The translations under genes were made by a program, and so were the position numbers. Positions 14,709 to 26,790 of a stretch of 64,000 nucleotides of DNA are shown one piece after another. The notes under the pieces are model-generated. The model did not search any database. It saw only the letters and a list, made by a program, of their open reading frames with translations, and was not told the origin of the DNA. Each line of letters starts with the position of its first letter. The stretch's first letter is position 1. The stretch is from contig NC_068999.1 in the NCBI RefSeq assembly GCF_001194135.2, positions 13,364,328 through 13,428,327 of the forward strand. The letters run 5' to 3'. Source of the DNA: Octopus bimaculoides. Taxonomy: Eukaryota.

Positions 14709-15940
14709 NNNNNNNNNNNNNNNNNNNNNNNNNNNNNNNNNNNNNNNNNNNNNNNNNNNNNNNNNNNNNNNNNNNNNNNNNNNNNNNNNNNNNNNNNNNN
14801 NNNNNNATATATACGTACATACATTCATGCCATATACTGCGACGGAATCAGTGCAATGAAATTGAAGGAGGCTGCATGAAATCGCATAAATCGTTCCCGT
14901 TGTCTACGCCGGGGTAATCACGTAAAGAGGTCTACAAATCTCGGTTGAAAAAGGGGACATATACAGGAAATATGAATTCAATTTCAGTATTATGGCCACG
15001 TTTCCTTAATAAACAATAAATATTACACGATTACCTCTTAATTGAGAGAATAGTTTTACGTTGAAGATCACTGTGTGTGTGTAGCTCTAAAACAGTGCAG
15101 ATATATCCACCGGTCCACAACAGTACAGAGAAAATTTTAAAAATTGAATAAATGTTTTATAATTGAAACCAGACACGATGGCAGAATAACCTAATGTTAT
15201 GCAGAAAGAGAAATAGACTCTAGGCGACATTCACAATCGGAATGCAATTAAAAGTGTCATTCATCACGTTTTGCAATTAGAACACAGACAGGATAAGGCT
15301 TAATGTGCAACTAACTACAGATAACCAAATGATTTAATTAGAAATATGTGCATGAGCACCAACGAGCGTGTTGGAAAAGGTTCCTCAAAAGGGTTGGTGT
15401 ATAAATACTGGTAATATCATAAAGACAACACATCGCATATATCAGCACATATGTATGTATATCTATATATAAATTTAAATAATAGGGGTGAAAAATTGAA
15501 TATTAATTTGATTAATATGAATTTAAACCAGTTGCCTAGCAAATTGAAAAAATCAGAATTTTGTTGAGAACAATATTTGTTAGTGGTCAGATCATAAGTG
15601 GTATTCTTGTAGCAAAATGGATATCCACTTAGTGGTCAACCCTTTATATATNNNNNNNNNNNNNNNNNNNNNNNNNNNNNNNNNNNNNNNNNNNNNNNNN
15701 NNNNNNNNNNNNNNNNNNNNNNNNNNNNNNNNNNNNNNNNNNNNNNNNNNNNNNNNNNNNNNNNNNNNNNNNNNNNNNNNNNNNNNNNNNNNNNNNNNNN
15801 NNNNNNNNNNNNNNNNNNNNNNNNNNNNNNNNNNNNNNNNNNNNNNNNNNNNNNNNNNNNNNNNNNNNNNNNNNNNNNNNNNNNNNNNNNNNNNNNNNNN
15901 NNNNNNNNNNNNNNNNNNNNNNNNNNNNNNNNNNNNNNNN

Positions 15941-16503
15941 ACTAGGTAAATTCAATTAGCACGTAGTGCATATACTATGAAATAAATTACACAGATGAAA
16001 GAAGGTTAGACAGATGTGAGAGCAAAGATTGGCAGGTGCACATTCAATGACCAAAGAAAAAAAGCAACGAGCGTAAAAAAATCTTGCTAAAAACATTCAA
16101 AGCAATTAATTAGTAATTTCGACTGAATAGATTCTTCATAATTAAATACAACTTAAATTTAGACAATTTGCATCGTGGAATTTTTATTATCTTCTGCTGG
16201 TGCTGTTTCAATCTGTCGTTGCTGACCTCTCACGTATAATAACAAATGTTTTATTTCGCCCGCTCTAATTAAAACATATCAACGATGCACTAGTTTAACA
16301 GTGTTGCAAAAATTGTATTAACCATTTAACGTACAGTAAGAATTAAACATTTCTTTCAGCATGTATAGCATTAGTGATAGGATATCATACGAGGGCAAAA
16401 CGTGGTTTACAGTACATCGATTCGGCATGAATCCGGCTAACTGTTGGCTCCCAATGACAGGAAGAGGACAGCTGAGGTGTATTGCATTGAAAAGTTTGCT
16501 CGG
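15941..16503. repeat. Left arm of long inverted duplication (partner 19100-19674)
   Basis: Colinear reverse-complement match along the whole arm, e.g. actaggtaaattcaattagcacgtagtgcatatactatgaaataaattacacag vs revcomp(19621-19674), about 6 mismatches in 54 nt. The left end is hidden by a gap. Confidence 0.92.
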
Positions 16504-16720
16504 TATGAATCCTTGTTGGTTACTGCAGACGAATTACTCGGACATTCGTTTCTAAAAGTGGTGTGTGTTCCCCACATCTCAGTTAAATATAGGAGTGGCT
16601 TTTGTTACCCATACATGGTTCATGATCCTAGTGAGATTTTGGATCATGTTCTCTCCGACTGCCTTCAGCATCTCCGCGGTGATACACCAGATTCCCACCA
16701 GAACAGCCAACCAGGGATTT
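16370..16720 (-). mobile_element. RTE-type LINE reverse-transcriptase fragment, decayed
   Basis: GIWCITAEMLKAVGENMIQNLTRIMNHVW followed by PSKLFNAI...QQLAGFMPNRCTVNHV (~QAGFRPNRSTVDHI). Confidence 0.65.
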
Positions 16721-17069
16721 ACTCCTATCTGAAGAAGCACCTGCGGGCTGGAAGAGACCCATTTGTATGTCGTACACCAGATAGCTGCCCGTTTTGATAT
16801 CTCTAGAGACTCAATATCACCTTGGACGAGGCAAGGAGTTGACAAGAGACCACCAGCAATAGAGAACGCAGTTCAATTCGGCCTGCTGTACGCATGATGA
16901 TGTATCTGAGATGCATCTGGGATGTATCTGGGACAGTAAACTGGGGTGACACACATCCTCATCAAGGAGGTCCATGAAGCAATCAGCAAGGAGAATATCA
17001 CAGTAGAAAATATCTATGAAAAATGGCGTACTTATATCTGGAGACGACGGAAAGTTTAACATAACTCGG

Positions 17070-17104
<35 letters not shown>

Positions 17105-19099
17105 NNNNNNNNNNNNNNNNNNNNNNNNNNNNNNNNNNNNNNNNNNNNNNNNNNNNNNNNNNNNNNNNNNNNNNNNNNNNNNNNNNNNNNNNNNNNNNNN
17201 NNNNNNNNNNNNNNNNNNNNNNNNNNNNNNNNNNNNNNNNNNNNNNNNNNNNNNNNNNNNNNNNNNNNNNNNNNNNNNNNNNNNNNNNNNNNNNTCTATA
17301 TATATGTGTATATATACATATATATATCAGTATATATGCACATATATAGATATAGTATATATATATATATACATATATACATATATAAACATATATATGT
17401 AGGGATATACTAACATTTCTGTACACTGCTTATTCTGTCATCAGATACAAGGAAAGTATCTTTGAAAGATCTACAGTGGGGAATTCACAGTTTATGAGGA
17501 AGAATGATGAGTAAAAGGAAATAGAATACAGACAGGGGAACAAAGTTCACTGTTCATATTTTTCAAAGGGTATGGAGGTTGGTCCATACTTCCCTCAAGT
17601 TATAGGCCCTTGTGATAATCACAGGTAAATGCAGGCAGTAATTTATGAGTTTGGATTGATGTATTGAAGTTGAAGTAAATAAGTGTAAATGTTCCACGTG
17701 TTTATATAGAGTGACGGACACATATATCAAGATAGAGAGCTGATTGTGAGTGGCGCGAAGTGAAGGAATAAGGAGAGAAAAGAAGGAGAAAGAGAGAGAA
17801 AAGAAACGAATGAAGAAATGAGATACGTACGAGAAAGAATGAAAGAGAGCGAATTTAATGTAAAATCAAAAATCAAAATTAAGGGGAAAATAAAAGAATA
17901 ACAATAGAGATAAGATACCAGCATTATTCTTAGTAAATGGTTCAGGGTGAAAGTTCAGGCGTTAAACTTTTGGTACAGTGCAGAAATATATTTCCATGTA
18001 TGAAGTGAATTAATGAAATCTAAGTTAAATGTGGTCAGCTGTCACTAGGATGGCTAAAATTATATGCATAGCCTAAGGGTGTATATATAGGATAAAATTA
18101 CAAATAAGTTGGTAAAGGATGCACATTAAGGAATGCAAATTTAAAGTTAATAATTTAAAAGTTAAATTAAACTTTTAAAAAATGAAAATTAAAAAAAAAG
18201 GCAAAAATAAATAAATCGAACTCGCTTCTAAGATACTTACGCTTATAGAGAAGAAAATGAGACGAACAATTTTACTATATTGTACCGACCGTGGATGCAT
18301 AAACGAAAATATCATTTCTGTTGAGTTTGCTACCTTTGGACATATAGAAGTATTTAAGGTGCGGTAGAATTTATGCTTGTATGTAAAAAGTGTTTCGCGT
18401 TGTTTATTTAGTAATTGCGGTAAAATATGAATTAATATTGACGGAATATTTCGGGTAGAGTCCACATTCGAACTAGGCCTGCCCTTTTTAAGGGACACCA
18501 TAATTTATCATGGCGTAGGATATCCTCTATGGTACTCTCCTATTATCAGATGGTATATGTGGTTGACTATGGGCGTTCATTTGTCGTGCCCTTCATATTT
18601 AAATGAGTTTAGACGTGCAGAATGTCTCTCTTTAAAATTAATAGTAGTCCTCGATGTAGAAATATCTAATAAATTGTGGACACTAGTTTTTTTTTTATAC
18701 TACGTTAAACTTTCTGCAGTGGGCTTGCCACGGGCTTTCGGTCCTGGGACAACAGTTGCAACTATCTGTTTTACTTTGGTTAGTTGTGGAGTGGGAAGAT
18801 GTTGAACAAATTATGGACAAGTTAAAGTTTAGTGTGATATTAGGATATTGGATCGTATTATTATTATTATCATTATTATTATTATTATTATTATTACTAT
18901 TATTTATTTATTTTTTAAAAATCAATTGACATATCTCTTCTCAAAGGGTCAAGACGCGAAGCGCAATTTGATTGTAATAGAACTGTTATTGGTTGAACGA
19001 TATTTGGGCAGTACATCTGCCTTTGTCAAGTTCAGAATAAGAGGTGATAAATATTGAAAATTATAGAAATTTATATTTAATGTATGAACGAGAGCAGCC

Positions 19100-19674
19100 C
19101 CGGGCAAACTATTCAATACGATACGCCTCAGCTGTGCTCTTCCTGTCATTGGTAGCAGACGCTACCAACAACTAGCCGTGCTCATACCAAATATATATAG
19201 AGCATACCGTATTGTGTTCACCTATGATATCCTATCACTCATGCTATACATGCGCAAAGTAACGTTTAATTATTACGTTACATGAAATGATTAATAGAAT
19301 TTTTGTAACACTGTTAAAGTAGTGCATCGTTGATATGTTTTAATTAGAGCGGGCGAAATAAAACCTTTGTTATTATAAGTGAGAGATCAGCAAACACAGA
19401 ACGAAACAGCACCAGCATAAAATAATAAAAGAATCCAGGATACAAATTGTCTAAATTTAAGTTGTATTTAATTATGAAGAATCTATTCTGTCGAAATTAC
19501 TAATTAATTGTTTTGAATGTTTTAGCAATTTTTTTTTTTGTCGCTCGTTGCTCTTTTTCTTTGGTCATTGAAAGTGCACCTGCCAATCTTTGCTCACGCA
19601 TCTGTCTAACCTTCTTTCATCTGCGTAATTTATTTCATAGCATATGCACTACGTTCTAATCGAAGATACCTAGT
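19100..19674. repeat. Right arm of long inverted duplication (partner 15941-16503)
   Basis: Reverse complement of the left arm, including the RT end (PGKLFNTIRLSCALPVIG...QQLAVLIPN). Confidence 0.92.
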
Positions 19675-19745
19675 ACAAATTGTCTGATTTGCGTTATGAG
19701 TGTTTTATATAATAAAATGTAAAGAAATATTTTTTTGTTTTCCTC

Positions 19746-20057
19746 AAACGCGTGATAATGCTAATAAATAGCGTGATCAGGATAAATTATCCAAACATTA
19801 CAAAAAAGTAAACTATCGGCTAGCCATGAGACTTGAACTCCCATCGCTGTGATTACGCAGTAAATGAGTTACCATTTTAGAGCTTATAAATTTAAGCTTT
19901 ATAAGACGCTAAGTTCAAATTCAACTCACGATGAAAGTAAACAAACAATGTTTGTTTTAGGATCGTTGAGATATATTGAAAGGTACAGAAATAATTTCTT
20001 TTATTCTTAAACGCGTGATAATGCTAATGAATAGCGTGATCAGGAATAAATTATCCA
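19746..20057. repeat. Pair of ~48-bp direct repeats (19746-19793, 20009-20057)
   Basis: aaacgcgtgataatgctaat(a/g)aatagcgtgatcagga(a)taaattatcca occurs twice. Confidence 0.9.
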
Positions 20058-20139
20058 TAATATATATAATAATGTTTTTCCAATCAATTTTTCTAAAAGA
20101 AAACAACACTTGCCCCCAAAACTGTTGAATTGACTTTGC

Positions 20140-20300
20140 AACTTAGTGAAGTACGCAAAAGGTACTTAATTTATCGACACCTAACGGATGAAATGCAAAG
20201 TCTACGTTGGTGGAATTTGAGCTTAGCCCTTACAGACAGACGAAATCGGAAAAGCGTTTCGCCCGGGGTGATAACGTTTCTGCTAGTTCACTGCCTTCCT
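20140..20300 (-). mobile_element. SINE family A, degenerate
   Basis: ggtacttaatttatcgac...ggtggaatttgagc...cagacagacgaaatc...tttcgcccgggg. Confidence 0.7.
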
Positions 20301-20391
20301 TTTTTAAAATATTAAAAACTTTTATTTAATAAAAATTATTATCATTTAACAAAGATACCAGAATGACTGTTTTATCAGCTGTGAATACCGA

Positions 20392-20608
20392 AACTTTCCT
20401 ACTCTAGTCACAAGGCCCGAAATGTTTGGAGAGGGGACAGTCTATAAGATCGAACCCAGTACGCAACTGTTACTTTATTTATCCACCTCGAAATGATGAA
20501 AGACAAAGCCGACCTAAGCGGAATTTGAACTCAGAATATAAAGCCAGAAGAACTACAGCTAAACATTTCGCCCGGTGTGCTAATGATTCTGACATCTCGC
20601 CGCCTTAT
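20392..20608 (-). mobile_element. SINE family A
   Basis: ...gcggaatttgaactcagaatataaagcc...catttcgcccggtgtgctaatgattctg. Confidence 0.75.
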
Positions 20609-20789
20609 GGAAATTACATAATTTAAGGTCTAAATTTGAGAGTATGCAGAAAAAGGAAAAACATGAACAAAACAACTGAAATCCTAAAACCTAGTCTCAA
20701 AAAATGAAATAAATTAGATCATTCCTGGAGATAATAGCTGACTCAAATTGGCCATTCTTAGTTTCAACCATAACGTTAACACGGCTCCG

Positions 20790-21000
20790 TAACATACCGC
20801 ATGCCTTCCTTACTGTGACCATGGAAAAATCTTCGAACACATCTTTGGTGTAAGCCACCAGCACGGTAGCTTAGATATGTCTTTCGCAAAAGTGTCTGAC
20901 ACAGTAATCGACGGAATTACAATTTCGGGAATCAAAGGGAGAGAATTGGTGGTGGATTCATTGAAATAGCCTCAGACTCAAATTTGATTGTCAGTGGGAA
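20790..21000 (+). mobile_element. CR1-type LINE RT fragment, heavily decayed
   Basis: FAKVSDTVIDG...GIKG followed by a frameshifted WWIH (~FAKAFDKVDHG...GIKGKLGRWIH). Confidence 0.45.
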
Positions 21001-21608
21001 TATGAAAATGAGACGAATTCATATGCCGTAAATATGACCTTCTAGAAATAGTTCTAGATATATTTCTCAAATTCTGACTAATGTAAATTTGCTCTTTCAG
21101 ATATAATTTTCCGGCTGAGTTCAGTATTGCTCAATTAGTGTGAAAAGAATTAATTCCAAAATGATAAATTGCGTGAATGGGAATTACATAGTCATTTCGT
21201 TATACATTTCTGGAAGCATCTTCCGCAGATCTGAGTTTACTGTATTGAAAAACATCTTTGAGGAGATCGTTGTTATTATTTAAATTGCTGAGATAGAAAC
21301 AATTACAATTTGATCGGTAATTTGCTATAATACCTGAAACAAATCTTCCAATTTTGTCGTCTGCCATCTGTGGATTCACTGGAAATAGGATTCAAGATTT
21401 TTACAGAATTTCGTAAGGATTTTTTTTACAAATCTTATGGCGTATTTTGCACATTTTATTTTCCCAACACAAGAATATTACTCATATGACGACACAGTCA
21501 AAATTAAATGTCCGCGTAAGAATATAGTTGTTGATGTGATTATGCATAATTGCTTAGCAGATTTAATGCGTCAGCGCATTGATTTCCATACTATCTATAT
21601 CCACTGAT

Positions 21609-21782
21609 ACATACACACATACACGCGCAAACGCACGCACACGCGTGCACACTATCTATTTCACTCACACACTCATTCACCCACACACAAAAACCCAAAC
21701 ACACACACATGCACACACTCACACACACATGCACACATACACACATACACACACACATACACACACACACATACACACACAC

Positions 21783-21824
<42 letters not shown>

Positions 21825-21850
21825 GTATAAATGCACACATACAACAATAT
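21609..21850. repeat. (CA)n/(TA)n compound microsatellite
   Basis: Directly visible. Confidence 0.9.
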
Positions 21851-23439
21851 ATTTAATGAACACAGATGTATGCGTGTGTGAATATATGTGCGTGTGTGTA
21901 TGTGTCACATGTTTATCTTATAACGGAATTCGTATGCCACTTTCTAGCAATACGCTTCTTAAATCAACATATTTCGCACTAGTTACAGAAATTGAGTTCA
22001 TTTCTAACCAACTTCTGAACGTATAATTTAATCAGACTTAGTGCCATTACAATTACACTCACAGTTTATTTAATAATTTTGCGTTTTTTTTTTTATTTTT
22101 ACATGGCAATATATGTTCGAACAGAGGCTCACTTGGTTTTACAATGCTGCGTATTTCCAAATTAATTATAATACATTTTATGCATGGTTATTTTGAATGT
22201 TATAACGTTAATTGCAAGCTGGGTGTATCGTCAGATATATATTTCTTCAAAATACCAAATAAAATCCAACTCATGAATTGTTTCCTATGTTTTTTTTTAT
22301 CTAATATAAGACACGTTACATACTCAGTTACTAGTTTTTGTATAAAATAATGGAATTAATTCCAAAGTAGCTCGAGTATGGTTGGTTTGCACCACACTTG
22401 AAATAATTTTCTTTGTGTCTTAGTAGTCGTGCATGAGAAAGCATTCCCCCCCACCTTCGAACCATCAGTCAGTAAGCAAGAAAGTTAAAATGAGTCCAAG
22501 GCATTCAACCAATCACAGTAATATGAAGAATCGTACTCAAGTCATAATAGGTCAAAGATGAAAGTATCAAAACCCTGTAAATGGGGAAAGCCAAACCACT
22601 TACTACTTGACGACTAATCACTCGATAGTTATTTTTGATATCTCTTGAGTTGAAATTCCGCTGATATCTATTTTGAGTTGTATCCTTTTTAACAGAGGAA
22701 ATATATACCGGTTTGGTCCAATGATAGATATAAATCAATGTGCACTCCTTGTAAATTCCTTATTATATTTATATCAATGAAATTATTCGATACCTTATCG
22801 GTAAATAAAGCTTATTGTCAACAGAAAACTCAATATAGATTCTCATTTATTTATTTATTTTTTAATATCTATGGTATGTGCCTGTACATTGACAATTAAT
22901 ACTCAAGATTCATTAAAACTACTGACAAATTCCTTTTCTACGAAACTAATTTTGAAAAGAAAAATTATTCTGGCCTACTATATAAAGTTTTTGTAACTTT
23001 GACTAATAATGCTTTCCTAGATTGCACTATATTCTAGCAAGAAATCTCTCTGGATTGATTTTCTGTTTGAATGATTATAAGTTAGCCAAATCAAAATGGT
23101 TTCAGTACTGATTTGCACCGATCAGTCATCAAAAACTTGCTTTATTCCTGGTCAACTAAAATCAAAATGTATTAAAGTCAGATACAATAGAGAAGTAACA
23201 TTTGGTAGGTAAAGCGAGTATTTATCTGGTGTGATGTGTCACACGTTACTTGTTATATATATATAGTTATTAATATTTCTAAGTCTCTCTAAAGGAGACT
23301 ACGGCAGCGGTACTGGAAATTAATAGTTATCGCCAAGCCAACATGGCAGTCCCAAAATTAGGACGAAAGCTGCCGTGAATTAGCTCCAAGAAGCCATCGC
23401 CTCTAGCTAGCTATGTGACACACGAAACCTGTGTCCATT

Positions 23440-23581
23440 ATAACCTTCGAACAGGGGAAGTCAGCAGTGTCCCCCTGCTGGTTTGGCATCTGCAGACTAG
23501 TTTCAGGGTGTTGCCCCTTGTCAATGCAGAGCAGCCAAGCCCTAGCCAGGCGGCTCTGCTGACTATCTGTTCGAAGGTTAT
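23440..23581. repeat. GC-rich 142-bp fold-back (MITE-like) element
   Basis: Terminal inverted repeats ataaccttcgaacag..agtcagcag / ctgctgact..ctgttcgaaggttat; internal hairpin gcagagcagcc/ggcggctctgc. Confidence 0.6.
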
Positions 23582-23587
23582 TTATCT

Positions 23588-23648
23588 AATTTCAGTGGAA
23601 TCTATTCACTCTATTTCTGAAAACCAGTGGATAGATTCCACTGAAATT
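23588..23648. repeat. 61-nt hairpin (23-bp stem, 15-nt loop)
   Basis: aatttcagtggaatctattcact / agtggatagattccactgaaatt, with one G-U position. Confidence 0.85.
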
Positions 23649-25619
23649 NNNNNNNNNNNNNNNNNNNNNNNNNNNNNNNNNNNNNNNNNNNNNNNNNNNN
23701 NNNNNNNNNNNNNNNNNNNNNNNNNNNNNNNNNNNNNNNNNNNNNNNNNNNNNNNNNNNNNNNNNNNNNNNNNNNNNNNNNNNNNNNNNNNNNNNNNNNN
23801 NNNNNNNNNNNNNNNNNNNNNNNNNNNNNNNNNNNNNNNNNNNNNNNNNNNNNNNNNNNNNNNNNNNNNNNNNNNNNNNNNNNNNNNNNNNNNNNNNNNN
23901 NNNNNNNNNNNNNNNNNNNNNNNNNNNNNNNNNNNNNNNNNNNNNNNNNNNNNNNNNNNNNNNNNNNNNNNNNNNNNNNNNNNNNNNNNNNNNNNNNNNN
24001 NNNNNNNNNNNNNNNNNNNNNNNNNNNNNNNNNNNNNNNNNNNNNNNNNNNNNNNNNNNNNNNNNNNNNNNNNNNNNNNNNNNNNNNNNNNNNNNNNNNN
24101 NNNNNNNNNNNNNNNNNNNNNNNNNNNNNNNNNNNNNNNNNNNNNNNNNNNNNNNNNNNNNNNNNNNNNNNNNNNNNNNNNNNNNNNNNNNNNNNNNNNN
24201 NNNNNNNNNNNNNNNNNNNNNNNNNNNNNNNNNNNNNNNNNNNNNNNNNNNNNNNNNNNNNNNNNNNNNNNNNNNNNNNNNNNNNNNNNNNNNNNNNNNN
24301 NNNNNNNNNNNNNNNNNNNNNNNNNNNNNNNNNNNNNNNNNNNNNNNNNNNNNNNNNNNNNNNNNNNNNNNNNNNNNNNNNNNNNNNNNNNNNNNNNNNN
24401 NNNNNNNNNNNNNATATATATATATATATATATATAAAAAAGGAAAATAAGACAAGGTAGAACGTGTTAAAATAGTTTTTTAACAATTTCTACGTTGTTT
24501 TCATTTCGTTTTACGTAACAACTCGTGTGTTACTTTACCCCGCGCATTGGTGTAGTGACATTTGAAATATGGACTAGGTGAATGTAACCGATTATAACTA
24601 ATCAAATTTACATTATCAAACGTAATTTATGAAAGTTTGAAACCTAGGTCCTAAATAATACACATCCAGGTTGTGCATTTATAAAATATTTTTTCCTACT
24701 GGTAAGATGGAACTTTTTCATATTAGCTGCCAGTATACATAAACATTCCAGTATAAACATTCTTCCCGAGTACCGTATTTTTTTCTAATACACACACACA
24801 CACACACACACACATGTATATATATATGTTATTCAGTGAAGTTTTACTATAGCATCGTATATTATCGACTTCCATTTGCAGCAAATATCGGTGCATTGTT
24901 GTACCACTATCCTATTTATACTTTAACGTGACGGTCCTTTGTTTTGCTGGGAAGCAACACTACTGTATTGCACTATTCCATAAGTTTCCTTTTTTTCCTT
25001 TGATATGTATATATGTATGTGTTTTGCGAAATATATATAAAAGTTGCCAACAAAATTAGATTTTGTGTTTGGTAAAACAAAAACGTTATTCCTTTATAAA
25101 AATATGGCTTGCATTCCCTCTGAATTTTTAGCTTTTGTGAAAATATTGTCATTAATGAATACAACTAAAATGGCGTTCATGAATATTAACTAATATGATG
25201 TCAAATATATCATAAACACTTATTAGATTGATATGCTCTACGACGTTCTTGACGTGCAGCCAGATGGGAGTGTATTTGTGGTGATAACATAGAGGGAGTA
25301 TGTTGTTCATGTGGGTAATGATGGTGTCTGTGGTACTAATGATGATGAGAATGAATCGGAGGAGGAGGAAAAGGAGGGGAAGAAGGCGGATGATTGTCAG
25401 ACAATATCTTGTCTGGGATGCCAAATCTTGGAAAATTAACGTGAAAAGTTTCATCAAATAGGAGGTGGTTGTTTTTTTTTTACAATAACGAATTTCTGGT
25501 CATTTCGAGAACCTTTCAATTAGGACTAAGCATTAAGAATCAGTTAAAGGATCAGCGATGAATCTCGACCACGGAACATTTACTTTTAAAGACATTTTTT
25601 TCTTTTTTCGTGGGCAATT

Positions 25620-26790
25620 TTGTATTTCGTTTTGGCTTACATACAGGTGTAACACTCTCTTTTAATACAATCTGTTTCTGTCAGTCCTTCACGCGCATTC
25701 AAACTTTCGAACGAACCACACAAATCACTTATTTCATACTTTGTATACTTTCATTCACTCCCTACCGAACAAATTAAGTGAACTTTGTAACGCATACGTC
25801 TGGGACTTTTGACGTCGAAATATTACATATAAATTCACTGAAAACATATATTTTTTTCCCGTAAACCCATGTGCTACGTTCTTCAATTTAATTAATTTTG
25901 GATTACGGATATATTTCCATTTTTTTTTTTTATTTGGTTATAACGCTGATAACACCTCCAGTGTCTATTTTCATTTTAAGACATGTATTTCTGATTTTCA
26001 CCCACACAAACTTCCTCATCGTTATATTATCAATTTATTCCGATGACATATATTATTTTTCCTTTTTTCTGACGTTGTGTCACCTTCATTCTCCAGTGCG
26101 TCTTAATATATCCTATATTTACACAACGAAAGCACACCATGCGAAACATGGGTTTATTTCCTAATTTTTGTCTTGATTTTTTTAGAAAACGCTTTATCTC
26201 TATTCTAATTATTTCGATCTTGCTTTACTTGGAAACAATCATTACGTTCAATTTCCTCTGTGCCGTATCTTAATTTGACTCTCCTTTCACATTTTTCTGA
26301 CACATCCTGGCTTTGTTTCAGCTTTGCGAGAATTCTGGTTCTAACTTCTGCGGCCTTTTTGGCAGCAAGTCCCTATGCAATCTGAGGCATTTGAACATGG
26401 CTTGTGTTAATCAGTCCGGCGCAAACTTCTTACTCTCCGTTTACTCTACCAGCATATGTAATGTAGTCCACATCGTTGTTTTTCTCTATGTTCTTACACT
26501 TCCAACGTCTGTTGAACAATGAGCTTTTTTTCACTGAAAATTTTCTGTCAGATATTTATTGTGTCATTAAAGTGTATGTGCGAAACTTTTCTTCGGAGTA
26601 CATAATTAGTGTATCGTTCATGTTTTGTTGTCGCCACTTTTGTAAAGTTTAAACGCGTTTTCATTTCGTCGTCCCAATCTTTATATTCTTTCTCGAAGTA
26701 TTGCACATATCTTCTGTAGTATGATTCTGTAGTATGATTCGAACTCTTGCGTCAGGTGCGTATTTGAACTTTGATTGGGAGTTCCCTGCA
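25620..26790 (-). mobile_element. Ty3/Gypsy LTR-retrotransposon gag-protease relic
   Basis: YYRRYVQYFEKEYKDWDDEMKTRL...SLFNRRWKC...DYITYAGRVN...MFKCL...AEVRTRILAKLKQ (gag); RKFVWVKIRNTCLKMKIDTGGVISVI (aspartic protease DTG at ~25958-25966); LNLFG; IVLKESVTPVCKPKRN (start of RT linker). Stops and frameshifts throughout. Confidence 0.82.

Noticed and set aside
16850-17040. Plus-strand LINE-like words (HILIKEVHEAISK..ENITVE)
   Set aside because: Too short to support a second, oppositely oriented LINE fragment.
18431-18805. 124-codon stop-free plus frame
   Set aside because: No recognisable domain, it reads through a poly-T tract, and the length is attainable by chance in 64 kb.
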